A program made the translations under genes and the position numbers. DNA of 39,579 nucleotides, from UHGV virus genome UHGV-0251828; one strand, given 5' to 3'. This document shows, piece by piece, positions 18,897 through 27,335 of this stretch. The notes below the pieces were generated by a model. It worked only from the letters and a program-made list of their open reading frames with translations. It did no database searches and was not told the DNA's origin. How positions within the stretch are numbered: position 1 is the first letter of the stretch; each line of letters begins with the position of its first letter. This DNA is from a virus.

Positions 18897-20372
18897 TTAA
18901 GCATAGGGATCGTAATCTGTAATGGCCTTTCCTTGCTGGTTCTGCTGACCTAGAATTCGCAGACGCTTCGACACAGGGAACGCAAACGTCAGCAGTAGCG
19001 CATCGCCTTTACCAGGAGAACGCCCAAGCCGCTCCTTGATATCTTCCTTCGGTTCGATAACGATTTTACCGTCCACTCGAACTTTGTACTCTGCCGCAGA
19101 CAGGTCGTCCGCTGTTTCCTGGTCATCCAGCATGCCGCCCAGCCTCAGCCATGTCTTGCATGAGTTGAACATCTCCCCACGCTTGTTGAGCATCTGCGGG
19201 TCAGTAGACGCGCCACCGAACGGAACAAGTTGCCATGTACGACCCCAGCCATCACCGATTGACTTCAGACCAGTTCCGTAACCGAAGTCGATGAACACTG
19301 CGTCAGCCTGGTACTGGTCTTCAAAGTCAGCGATACGCTTCGCCATAATCAGATCGTCAGTGGTCTTGTTGCCAGTCCACAGCACCTTACTGTGCAGCCC
19401 CTGCCGCAGGTATATCACAGCGTCATCAACGCCGGAGTATGCCGGGTCAACGCCGATTATCACCGGAGCATGTGCAACCTGCGCAGCGGTTACCACCCGT
19501 TTCATTGCCTCGTCAGTAAGGCCGGTAGGGATAAACTGCAATTCAGATGCATCAGGAAATATGCCGCGCACACGGATTTTAACGAAGTCGCTGTCTTCCC
19601 CGTAGTCATCAACCCATTTCTGCAACTGCTGTTTGTTAGTACCTTCCACCGTCCGGCTGTCAATCTGCGCAGTTTTCCAGCGGTGTTTGTATTTGCGGAA
19701 ACATTCGCGAAAACGCCCGGTATTACGTGTAGGGTTTCCGAACGCCACCCAGATAATCTCAGTGTCTTCGTCCGTTAGCGCACCCTCGGCAACTTCCCAC
19801 ACCAGATCCGCAATGTTCGACGCTTCATCGAATACCACAATGATGCGTTTGCGCTCGTTGTGTAGTCCGGCGAATGCCTCAGTGTTGTGCTCAGACCAGG
19901 GGATTGCGTCAGCTCGCCACCGCTTGTCGTGTCCAGGATCATTGCTGTACATCGCGGTAGCGGTACAGGTAAACCAGTCTTTCGTGATAGCAAGGTTCGA
20001 CCACTTGATAATTTCCGGCCAGGTCTTCGTTCGTAGCTGGTTGTCGGTGTTGGCGGTCACCACAACCTTACAATCCTCGCAAGTGGACATGCCCCAGTTG
20101 ATCAGCATTGAGATGAATGCGGATTTACCAATACCGTGACCCGAAGCACGTGCCAGCATAAGCGGCTGATAGCGAGTCTCTGGATTCTGCAGGTGATCAC
20201 GTATCTCTCGGAACGCATCAGCCTGCCACTGACGTGGACCGGTGGCATGTGCCAGTTCAGTCCCATCTTCCCCCCACGGGAACGCATAGAGGGCATAGCC
20301 AAGCGGATCGTGAGTGAACCCTGCAATATCCTCGATCAACTGCTCTTCAGGAGATAACGCTGCATCTGTCAC
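18897..20372 (-). CDS. terL: terminase large subunit
   Basis: 491-aa track ORF; GTG start overlapping terS stop (GTGA); AGGATGG SD. Confidence 0.85.
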   Translation of the reverse strand: MTDAALSPEEQLIEDIAGFTHDPLGYALYAFPWGEDGTELAHATGPRQWQADAFREIRDHLQNPETRYQPLMLARASGHGIGKSAFISMLINWGMSTCEDCKVVVTANTDNQLRTKTWPEIIKWSNLAITKDWFTCTATAMYSNDPGHDKRWRADAIPWSEHNTEAFAGLHNERKRIIVVFDEASNIADLVWEVAEGALTDEDTEIIWVAFGNPTRNTGRFRECFRKYKHRWKTAQIDSRTVEGTNKQQLQKWVDDYGEDSDFVKIRVRGIFPDASELQFIPTGLTDEAMKRVVTAAQVAHAPVIIGVDPAYSGVDDAVIYLRQGLHSKVLWTGNKTTDDLIMAKRIADFEDQYQADAVFIDFGYGTGLKSIGDGWGRTWQLVPFGGASTDPQMLNKRGEMFNSCKTWLRLGGMLDDQETADDLSAAEYKVRVDGKIVIEPKEDIKERLGRSPGKGDALLLTFAFPVSKRLRILGQQNQQGKAITDYDPYA

Positions 20373-20962
20373 TGATTGCCATCCTGACGTTCTTTCAGTC
20401 TCTTCCTGGCTGCCGCTATGCGATCAGCAATTGTCACATTCACATTAACATCCAGGCGTTCTTTGAATGCATTGACATCGACGTGCTTACCAATCAGCTC
20501 AAGGTTCTTCACCTTGTCAGGCCATTTAATTTTTTTGAGGATTGTCTCTATCGAATCCTCGTTCATGTTCATGATGGTCGATGACAGATCAAAGCCGCTA
20601 AGCGTAGTGCGCCAGATTTTCGGCCACTCGCGGATTGGCTTAAGGCCCCCATCATCGTTGAGGATATCAATCACGTCCATCTGGTCGATCTCCACCAGGC
20701 GCATGAGAACGTAATCAGCACTGACACGCATTCGTTTGTTGCGCTCTTCCATCAGCTCGGCAATCCGTTTTTGAATGCGTTCATCGCGCATCATGACACT
20801 GGCTTTAACTGCCGCTGTATTTGGGGAGAATCCTGCGTTAATCGCTGCCTGAGTCTGGTTTTCAGGCGTTTTGATGTATGACTGGCAATAAGCCTCCTGC
20901 ATTGCTGTTAGTGGCTTAAATTGCGTTGATTTACGTTTATAGGTTTTAGGTTCAGCAGGCAT
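20369..20962 (-). CDS. terS: terminase small subunit (~197 aa)
   Basis: Track ORF 20369..21043 trimmed to ATG 20962 (GGTGG SD); the TTG-start extension would cover the upstream terminator. Confidence 0.65.
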   Translation of the reverse strand: MPAEPKTYKRKSTQFKPLTAMQEAYCQSYIKTPENQTQAAINAGFSPNTAAVKASVMMRDERIQKRIAELMEERNKRMRVSADYVLMRLVEIDQMDVIDILNDDGGLKPIREWPKIWRTTLSGFDLSSTIMNMNEDSIETILKKIKWPDKVKNLELIGKHVDVNAFKERLDVNVNVTIADRIAAARKRLKERQDGNQ

Positions 20963-21008
20963 CGTAACCACCGTGGTAATAGTTACCGTTGTGGTAATAG
21001 TACCATGC

Positions 21009-21034
21009 AAAATAAAGCCGCCATAGTTGGCGGC
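21009..21034 (-). terminator. intrinsic terminator between early region and terS (tR'-like position)
   Basis: GCCGCC-ATAGTT-GGCGGC hairpin followed on minus strand by TTTATTTT. Confidence 0.6.
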
Positions 21035-21075
21035 AGTATTCAAAACACATCAAATTCATCATGCATAATCTACTC

Positions 21076-21087
21076 GTGACATGTCAC
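21076..21087. repeat. perfect 12-bp palindrome GTGACATGTCAC, copy 3 of 3
   Basis: Exact match; contains the stop codon of the 21084..21422 gene; ~40 nt 5' of the terminator on the transcribed strand. Confidence 0.8.
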
Positions 21088-21422
21088 ACTATTAATTTCG
21101 TTTCATGCCAGCCTTTGGTCACCCAACATTGCGAGTCACCATTGCACGGGCATGAATTAACTGGAACTCTCTCGCCGCACTTACCGCAACGTTTTCTGCT
21201 GATCGATTTTATACGCCCGCGCACGCGTACATCATCCTGGCGGATCAGTAACGCTATATACTCACCAAATTCGTAAGGCGCACGCCCGGGGCGACGCGCG
21301 GCACAGTTACGCTCAAGCATTTCAATTTCCTGAGCATCAAGCACAATCTCCAGCTTACGCACACCAGATGCAGCTTGTCTGGCTCTCTGAGCGGCTTTGC
21401 GCTCTGCTGCTGATTTAGCCAT
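21084..21422 (-). CDS. Arg-rich N-terminus plus Cys-rich C-terminus protein (112 aa); candidate late-gene regulator
   Basis: Track ORF; AGGAAA SD; N-term AAERKAAQRARQAASG, C-term CGKCGERVPVNSCPCNGDSQC; last gene before terminator and terS. Confidence 0.6.
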   Translation of the reverse strand: MAKSAAERKAAQRARQAASGVRKLEIVLDAQEIEMLERNCAARRPGRAPYEFGEYIALLIRQDDVRVRGRIKSISRKRCGKCGERVPVNSCPCNGDSQCWVTKGWHETKLIV

Positions 21423-21765
21423 TCTGATTTTCCTGCATCATGAGAAATACAATCATGGCGGCTCGGAGTGGATTATTCGCATGAAAGCAAATGTTCTCGG
21501 TATTAAAAACAGCTGACCACTCACCGCGAGATTGGTGGCAGGTTAGACTGATTTTATTATCAACAATAATAGGCCATGCATCCGATGGATTATTGCAGTA
21601 GTCAGGTAAAGGGTTTAATGGCTCAAAAGTTGTATCAGTATTTCCGTAATACCATTTGTTGGTGTTATTCCCTGATGTTTCCGGTTTACACGCCCAAAGG
21701 CCTTTAAAAATTATGTCTCCTACCATTCTGTTAATTTCAAAATCACTTAACTGTGAATAGTCCAT
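21415..21765 (-). CDS. hypothetical protein (~116 aa)
   Basis: Track ORF 21415..21912 trimmed to ATG at 21765 (TGATG overlap with upstream stop). Confidence 0.5.
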   Translation of the reverse strand: MDYSQLSDFEINRMVGDIIFKGLWACKPETSGNNTNKWYYGNTDTTFEPLNPLPDYCNNPSDAWPIIVDNKISLTCHQSRGEWSAVFNTENICFHANNPLRAAMIVFLMMQENQNG

Positions 21766-22706
21766 CACTTCACCTCCTGCAGCGGTTCGGGTAGCGGCAT
21801 CCAGAACAAGGCGTTCCCTAACCACGATAAAGTGCCGTCGCTCAACTCCACGTATTCCCCTTGTACCTGTCCTGCCATATACTCGCCGTGCTTTGAATAA
21901 ATTAAAATCCAATCATCTTGAGGGGGCATTCGCTCACTACAGCTTATCCAACCATCCGGAGTTACCGGAGAGTTGCCCGATAGTGCATTCTGCTCCAGTG
22001 ATGCTTTTACAAACCACGCTGCCTGAACTATAACGCCATGAATCCAGCGCAAATCAGCATCGCGATCTTTCTTTTTCATCTTTTCGCCACTTAAGGCCTT
22101 GCTTATGTGGCTGCGTACCAGGTCTTCATGTAATTCCTTCGCCTCCTCAATGGTGAAACCACCAGGCAGAAGAGCCGGAGTTACCGGAGAGCTGGTTGAC
22201 GCTTCCGGGATTTCCCGAAAATTATTGGTTGACGAATTCTTGCTTTCCCGAAAGTTTCCGGACTGAAGCATGGCGGTGCGGCAGGCGTTCCATATTTCGG
22301 CAGCAATATCGCGCTCGCTATCGGTTAATTTGTACGTGGAAACATAGCCAGAGAGCATTTCTACGTTTTCCGGAGTTGCTTCTTCCGGCACTACCGGCGC
22401 TGGCAAGGCAGCGTGATAGTAGAGTGGCATAGTTTTGTACAGTGGTTCGCCAGGACTTCTGTCAACCTGATTCCATTCTTCAACCCAGGCATCAACAACC
22501 GCTTTGCTGGTTGATACATGTTCTTCTGAATCTACATTTTGTCCTGATATACAGAACATAACTGCCTCTGCTTCCAGCGATGCCAGCGCGATACGAAACA
22601 CATTAGCAAGCAGGCTGTCTGAAGATTGGTTATCGTGCGCCGGGTCGCTCAGGAAGCCTGTGATGAATGATTTAATCTCCGCACGTTCTTTGGTAATAGT
22701 GGTCAT
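21765..22706 (-). CDS. hypothetical protein (313 aa) with DUF551-like C-terminus (from memory)
   Basis: Track ORF; GAGGA SD; ATGA overlap with upstream gene. Confidence 0.6.
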   Translation of the reverse strand: MTTITKERAEIKSFITGFLSDPAHDNQSSDSLLANVFRIALASLEAEAVMFCISGQNVDSEEHVSTSKAVVDAWVEEWNQVDRSPGEPLYKTMPLYYHAALPAPVVPEEATPENVEMLSGYVSTYKLTDSERDIAAEIWNACRTAMLQSGNFRESKNSSTNNFREIPEASTSSPVTPALLPGGFTIEEAKELHEDLVRSHISKALSGEKMKKKDRDADLRWIHGVIVQAAWFVKASLEQNALSGNSPVTPDGWISCSERMPPQDDWILIYSKHGEYMAGQVQGEYVELSDGTLSWLGNALFWMPLPEPLQEVK

Positions 22707-22912
22707 TTATTAATCCTCAAAACTTTATGCCCGGGCGCAAAAGCACGCGTTTTGTCTTTGCTTATTCGCCAGCCATCCTTGCGCGCCTCTTTTGCACAGC
22801 CAGCCCATGACGTACCGATATACTCACCGAAGTCTGGTGATTGATATTTACCATTTGTACACTGGCGACAATCACAGTAGAGATGCATGGTGTAACTTGC
22901 GGCAATAGCCAT
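22703..22912 (-). CDS. small Cys-rich hypothetical protein (~69 aa)
   Basis: ATG at 22912 with AAGGAG SD inside track ORF 22703..23020. Confidence 0.5.
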   Translation of the reverse strand: MAIAASYTMHLYCDCRQCTNGKYQSPDFGEYIGTSWAGCAKEARKDGWRISKDKTRAFAPGHKVLRINK

Positions 22913-22913
22913 A

Positions 22914-23105
22914 TCAGGCTCCTTTAGTGCGCAAGTGGTTTTTCCAGCGGTTTTGCGCCGCGCTGCGCTTATCTTTGATTCCCTCTCTGGCAATTCCAGA
23001 AAATGAAAACAACACCACACAGCGATTGCTAACTCTCAACCACTGGCTGGGATAGCAAAGTCTGTATACACGGGAGATAAGCATCTTAGCTTTACGGTTT
23101 TTCAT
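22914..23105 (-). CDS. small basic hypothetical protein (63 aa), N-terminus MKNRKAK
   Basis: Track ORF; start embedded in an exact 19-bp repeat; no SD (would need coupling). Confidence 0.3.
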   Translation of the reverse strand: MKNRKAKMLISRVYRLCYPSQWLRVSNRCVVLFSFSGIAREGIKDKRSAAQNRWKNHLRTKGA

Positions 23106-23278
23106 CGCACTGCGTACCCCTTCTCTCGTCTGTTACGCGACGCGGTGGGTTTATAGTTAAATGCGAATACCACCCTACCAAACATGCCGATCACCGCCCG
23201 TTTGTGATTGCTGATTGGTAGCTTCTCGTACCCCGTCGAACGCGATAAAAGAAGTAATTTTGCTTTACGGTTTTTCAT
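23102..23278 (-). CDS. small basic hypothetical protein (58 aa), paralogous N-terminus MKNRKAK
   Basis: Hand-translated; AGGAGA SD 8 nt upstream; ATGA overlap with next ORF. Confidence 0.3.
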   Translation of the reverse strand: MKNRKAKLLLLSRSTGYEKLPISNHKRAVIGMFGRVVFAFNYKPTASRNRREKGYAVR

Positions 23279-23450
23279 CGTTTTGCTCTCCTGCGTCTCT
23301 TTGCTGCTCGTCGTGCCGCTGCAATACCGGTATGGCGGCGCTTTGGTGCCGGGATGATGTTGTCAGTCATCAGGACATGTGGCTTTGCAATTAGCGCAGA
23401 AGCCCAAAAACGAGTCGGGTACGGTAACAAGCCGATACATGCCACACGCA

Positions 23451-23990
23451 CTACTCACCTCCGTTGATGCGAATGCCAGCGGCGCGTAATGCGTGTTCTA
23501 GGTCAATCAGGTAAAGCCAACTGCCATTTTCTTTAGGTATCATGACATGTCGCTCATCTGCATTTATCGGGTGTCCATATCGAAGGTCGTAGCGAGTCGG
23601 TAATTGAACTTCCCGTGCTTCCAGTTCTGCTATGCGCTTACTTCCATCCGCGATTACTCCCTCGTAATATTCACGCTGCTCGTTGAGTTTTGATTTTGCT
23701 GCTTCAAGCTCAACGCGCAGCTTCCCTACCGTTAGCGCAATATCCTCGTTCTCCTGGTCGCGGCGTTTGATGTATTGCTGGTTCCTTTCCCGTTCATCCA
23801 GTAGTGCCAGCACGGTTTCTGGTCCGGCCAGAAATTTGAAGGCGTTGAGCGCATCAATATCCACACCGTAATCTTTAAGTTCCTGTTCACTTAACAAATC
23901 ATCATCAGCTGGCAACATTAACAGGCGTTCCATTGCTGGAATTGCACGTTCCGCCGCCTCACGCAGTGCCTGATAGTCAATTTCGCTCAC
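23451..23990 (-). CDS. coiled-coil nin-region protein (Ead/Ea22-like by composition)
   Basis: 179-aa track ORF; GTG start in GTGA overlap with AGGAGG SD. Confidence 0.55.
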   Translation of the reverse strand: MSEIDYQALREAAERAIPAMERLLMLPADDDLLSEQELKDYGVDIDALNAFKFLAGPETVLALLDERERNQQYIKRRDQENEDIALTVGKLRVELEAAKSKLNEQREYYEGVIADGSKRIAELEAREVQLPTRYDLRYGHPINADERHVMIPKENGSWLYLIDLEHALRAAGIRINGGE

Positions 23991-24487
23991 TGTTTGCCTC
24001 CTTTGCGAAGCTGGCCGGCGAACAAACGTACACTAGACGCTTCACTGCGTAGAAACTTAACGGCATAATCAAAACCACCTCGTTCTGCGTCGTCTGCTGC
24101 GTTGTCGAGGTTATCTGCGTACATCTCCACGCCCTGCGCCCGTACTTCAGCCAGAAAAGCATCGGTGGCTGGGGTGTCAACACGGATGCTGTCGCGCAAG
24201 ATGAAAAATGCATTGAGCATTCCAGTCTCTGGCACTTCATCCTGATGCTTCTCATACGCATCAAGAGCCTTCATCATCTCATGTCCGAATGGTTGAGGGT
24301 GCGCAGCCTTCAGCCCCGCATTCTCCGCTGCCAGCGCATTAGCACGCACCAATTGCACTTCCAGTTGCGTTGCCAAATCGCTGATCAGCTTTGCCACACT
24401 GCGCATATCAACGGCACCACATTCTGCTTTCAGTTCCGAAGCCATCTCATGCCCGGCGGCAACTAACCCTTTGATATTACTTTCCAT
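23987..24487 (-). CDS. hypothetical protein (166 aa)
   Basis: Track ORF; GAGGG SD. Confidence 0.55.
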   Translation of the reverse strand: MESNIKGLVAAGHEMASELKAECGAVDMRSVAKLISDLATQLEVQLVRANALAAENAGLKAAHPQPFGHEMMKALDAYEKHQDEVPETGMLNAFFILRDSIRVDTPATDAFLAEVRAQGVEMYADNLDNAADDAERGGFDYAVKFLRSEASSVRLFAGQLRKGGKQ

Positions 24488-24548
24488 CTTTACCCTCGCT
24501 TATCCACATAACTTATTGATTACATTGATAACTAAAAAGATCGTCGAT

Positions 24549-24893
24549 TCAGAACTCTTCGATGTTCCAGCCACCACCTGCTTTCTTTGGTTTAACCGTT
24601 ACCCCGATGATTCGGAACGGATACTGATCTGCGGCGACTTTGGTTTTCACCCTGGCGTCGTCGCTCCAGAAACCTTTCACTTCGTGCAGTTCCATCTCGC
24701 CGGTGGCGAGCATCACAGCAAAATCGGGCGTATAGAACGTGTTGTCAGCTAACCGCAGCTTGATACCCTCAAATCGATACCAGACGATTTCTCCTGCACG
24801 TTTACGCAGCTCAAGGTGCTGGCAATACGCAGATTCTGTTTTGTTCATCTGGCCTGTTTTGAGTCGACCAAGAGCCTGTATCTGTTTTCTCAT
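24549..24893 (-). CDS. hypothetical nin-region protein (114 aa; DUF1064-like from memory)
   Basis: Track ORF; AAGGGG SD overlaps an operator-family site. Confidence 0.55.
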   Translation of the reverse strand: MRKQIQALGRLKTGQMNKTESAYCQHLELRKRAGEIVWYRFEGIKLRLADNTFYTPDFAVMLATGEMELHEVKGFWSDDARVKTKVAADQYPFRIIGVTVKPKKAGGGWNIEEF

Positions 24894-24896
24894 GAT

Positions 24897-24911
24897 TTAC
24901 CCCTTAGGTAA
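24897..24911. promoter_or_regulatory. operator-family site TTACCCCTTAGGTAA at an internal minus-strand promoter
   Basis: Perfect half-sites; minus-strand TTGATT-N17-TTTAAT promoter-like hexamers immediately upstream. Confidence 0.5.
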
Positions 24912-24958
24912 TTAAAAACCACATAAGACACGAAATCAATAGATTTTAGAATATTTTA

Positions 24959-24973
24959 TTACCTCAAAGGTAA
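24959..24973. promoter_or_regulatory. operator-family site TTACCTCAAAGGTAA
   Basis: Perfect 15-bp palindrome 62 bp from the 24897 site (same spacing as the 27978/28040 pair). Confidence 0.5.
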
Positions 24974-25010
24974 TTATCGAGACGTAAAAAAATGCGCTAT
25001 CGCGCTGGTA

Positions 25011-25811
25011 TTACTTGATAAATCCTGACGCCTTTCCCCGCCTGTATTCCTCCATCAGCCACTGCGCCGGTGTTATTCCCCCAAGGGTGGCGGCGTTAGG
25101 CATGCACCCGAAACTTCGCCCTGGTGGATGGTAAACGTCTCTCCCTGTGTCCGGAGGCGTACTCATGGGTTCTGGCTTTGCCTGTATGCTGATCACCGGA
25201 TCGGGTATCTGCTGTCCGGAAGCTACCTTTTTCGCCCAATCATCGAGCAGCCTGCGCGCGTGTTTCTCAACCTCAATCTCGCTAAGCTGGCGCTGATACA
25301 TTGCACGGCGGGTATCACATACGACCCAGTACATAACCGGATGTCGCCACGGGAATCTTTCGGGACCACCAGGATATAAACTTTTTTCCTTGCTGTACCG
25401 GTGAAACTCCGCCATCACATCGTCAATGGTGACGCCAAGAACCATCTTGCTGTCTTTGCACCACTTGATGAATTGCCCAGGCGACGGCCAGAACGGAGAT
25501 TCACTGGCGCGGGCGTGGCGCATACCTGCAGAAACCTGTTCACGGGTTCGGATCCCCCCTTCGGCAAACGCAGCAATCCACTGCTGTTTTGCAGCAACTT
25601 CCTGCTCTGGCGTCTTCAGGTTGGTTACCACTGCCGCCGGAAACAGTTGTTTCAGCTGTTTGAAAAGGGCATCAACAAGCCTCTCTGCTGACATGTTCAC
25701 CACGTTATCATTGTTGGTGTACTGATGCTCATAACCTGACATGCGAGAAAGGGCTTCTCCGTCACGGTTTTGTATCGCGGTAAAAACGTTGTTCACAAGA
25801 AATCCTCCCAT
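25011..25811 (-). CDS. replication protein P-like (helicase loader)
   Basis: Motif WIAAF..GIRTREQVSAGMRHAR..PFWPSPGQF matches the lambda P motif as recalled. Confidence 0.8.
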   Translation of the reverse strand: MGGFLVNNVFTAIQNRDGEALSRMSGYEHQYTNNDNVVNMSAERLVDALFKQLKQLFPAAVVTNLKTPEQEVAAKQQWIAAFAEGGIRTREQVSAGMRHARASESPFWPSPGQFIKWCKDSKMVLGVTIDDVMAEFHRYSKEKSLYPGGPERFPWRHPVMYWVVCDTRRAMYQRQLSEIEVEKHARRLLDDWAKKVASGQQIPDPVISIQAKPEPMSTPPDTGRDVYHPPGRSFGCMPNAATLGGITPAQWLMEEYRRGKASGFIK

Positions 25812-26584
25812 GCTTCAGGGCTGTTCCAGTGCGGAACGTTGTTATCAGGTAATGTTGATTGCTTCTGTCTGCTAATCTGCAGCCGCCTTGCCAGCTTCTG
25901 CTCCCACTGTGCCTGATGGTATGCCTTACCCTCAGCCATCCAGTAAATTCTGAACTCTGCAAGTTCCTGTGCCGTTGGCAGACTATCCAGGTAGATTCCC
26001 TGCAATGAGCTTTTCCGAAGAAAGTCATCTGATGGCTGCCATTGTTCATGCATGACAAATTTGCCTAATTGCCCTGGCCCACCAGGAGGAACAAAGTTAT
26101 TCATCACGGCGTTGTTTGCGCCGGGGTCATGAGGCACAGAACCTCGGGTTTTTGTCCTGCTCTCCCTCTCTTGGTTAAATGACTGGTTATATGACTGGTT
26201 CTGGATCCCGTTTTTGGGATCATTCAACATCCCGTTTTTGGGTATATTCCCGTTTTCGGTAACATTACCGTTTTCGGGTTCATTACCCCCTTCCCGGTTG
26301 CCTTTAATGTTCCCGTTTTTGGTTATATTAAGAGAGAAAACCCGCACTCTTTTCGTCGCTCCCTTTCTCTCTCCGGTATCTGAAATAAGCCCCATTTTCA
26401 TGAGCGATATAAGTCCGGCCTGCACGGTTTTTTTATTCAGGCAAGTGTCTTTAACGAGGCGTTCTATGCTGGGGTAGCAGAGGTTATATTCATCGGCTCT
26501 GTCAGCCATCGAGAGCAGTATGAGCTTTAATGATGAGCTACCTGGATCTGTCTCCCAGGCCCAATCTGTTGCATGTCTGCTCAT
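25793..26584 (-). CDS. replication initiator O-like protein with internal origin iterons
   Basis: Track ORF; GGAG SD; repeated Pro/Asn/Gly-rich block encoded by DNA iterons. Confidence 0.75.
   Translation of the reverse strand: MSRHATDWAWETDPGSSSLKLILLSMADRADEYNLCYPSIERLVKDTCLNKKTVQAGLISLMKMGLISDTGERKGATKRVRVFSLNITKNGNIKGNREGGNEPENGNVTENGNIPKNGMLNDPKNGIQNQSYNQSFNQERESRTKTRGSVPHDPGANNAVMNNFVPPGGPGQLGKFVMHEQWQPSDDFLRKSSLQGIYLDSLPTAQELAEFRIYWMAEGKAYHQAQWEQKLARRLQISRQKQSTLPDNNVPHWNSPEAWEDFL
26197..26317. other. candidate origin of replication: 5 iterons (consensus TCCCGTTTTTGGG) followed by AT-rich tract
   Basis: Iterons at about 26197, 26221, 26239, 26257 and 26302; TGACTGGTT direct repeat just upstream. 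Confidence 0.65.
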
Positions 26585-26599
26585 GATTAATCTCCGCTA

Positions 26600-26836
26600 T
26601 CAGCTTGAGTGTTGTGGGGAGGAATTAATCATGATCTGCTTAATCTCTGCCCTGATGCGACGGTTTGATTCCATGGTGCACTCAACACAGTGTCCGTTGT
26701 AAACCCAGCGTTCACTGTCATGTCCATGCTTACATGGTTTTCCGGTGTAGTAGCGTTTAAGTCCGCGCTTTGCGGCATCAATACGTGTAATGATTTCCAT
26801 GGTAAGCCCTGTTATTAGTATTGGGATTACGGTCAT
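26600..26836 (-). CDS. small Cys/His-rich protein (cII-position gene); start uncertain (26836 or 26800)
   Basis: Track ORF 26600..26863; motif CKHGHD...HCVEC. Confidence 0.4.
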   Translation of the reverse strand: MTVIPILITGLTMEIITRIDAAKRGLKRYYTGKPCKHGHDSERWVYNGHCVECTMESNRRIRAEIKQIMINSSPQHSS

Positions 26837-26880
26837 TTTGTGCTGACACAAAAAAAAGATCAACCAGATTTGGTTTTTTA

Positions 26881-26895
26881 TTACCTTTGAGGTAT
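26881..26895. promoter_or_regulatory. operator-family site TTACCTTTGAGGTAT (one mismatch)
   Basis: Between the Cro-like gene and the next early gene. Confidence 0.35.
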
Positions 26896-26904
26896 GAATA
26901 GATA

Positions 26905-26928
26905 TGAAAAGACCGCCGGGTGGCGGTC
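26905..26928 (-). terminator. tR1-like hairpin downstream of the Cro-like gene
   Basis: GACCGCC-GGGT-GGCGGTC stem-loop with 4-U tract on minus strand. Confidence 0.4.
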
Positions 26929-26950
26929 TACAGAGGGTTGTGGCTGGATA

Positions 26951-27181
26951 TCATGAGTAGAAGAAGTATGCCAGTTCTGCTTTTGAGCGCAGCCATTGTC
27001 TTGTTTTACAGGCTTTAAAAAGCCCATTCATCAATACCTTACCTGGCATTTTGCGCTTACCTGTTAAGTGAGTCTGGATATAGTGACTCGTCGTTCCGGC
27101 TTCCTGTGCGAAGGCTTCACGCTCATCCGGAGTAAGTGCAAGCCAGTGCTTTTTGAAATCGAAATGTCCGTTATCGCTCAT
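26951..27181 (-). CDS. Cro-like early regulator (76 aa)
   Basis: Divergent from the repressor gene across a three-operator region. Confidence 0.55.
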   Translation of the reverse strand: MSDNGHFDFKKHWLALTPDEREAFAQEAGTTSHYIQTHLTGKRKMPGKVLMNGLFKACKTRQWLRSKAELAYFFYS

Positions 27182-27217
27182 AGCTATTGCCTGATATTTA
27201 TTTCAGATAATAAATAT

Positions 27218-27280
27218 TCACCCATAAGGTAACAAAAATCAAGAATAGTTACCTATGAGGTGCATTTACCTGTTGGGTAA
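27218..27280. promoter_or_regulatory. right-operator region: three operator-family sites
   Basis: TCACCCATAAGGTAA (27218-27232), TTACCTATGAGGTGC (27249-27263), TTACCTGTTGGGTAA (27266-27280) between divergent Cro-like and repressor genes. Confidence 0.65.
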
Positions 27281-27335
27281 TATTGCTTTAAATTGAATCA
27301 TCTACTGATTCATATATGAGGCGATTTTCCAGAAA

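Noticed and set aside
27049-27075. Operator-like TTACCTGTTAAGTGA inside the cro-like coding region
   Set aside because: Only 3 of 5 positions of the right half-site match and it lies within a CDS.
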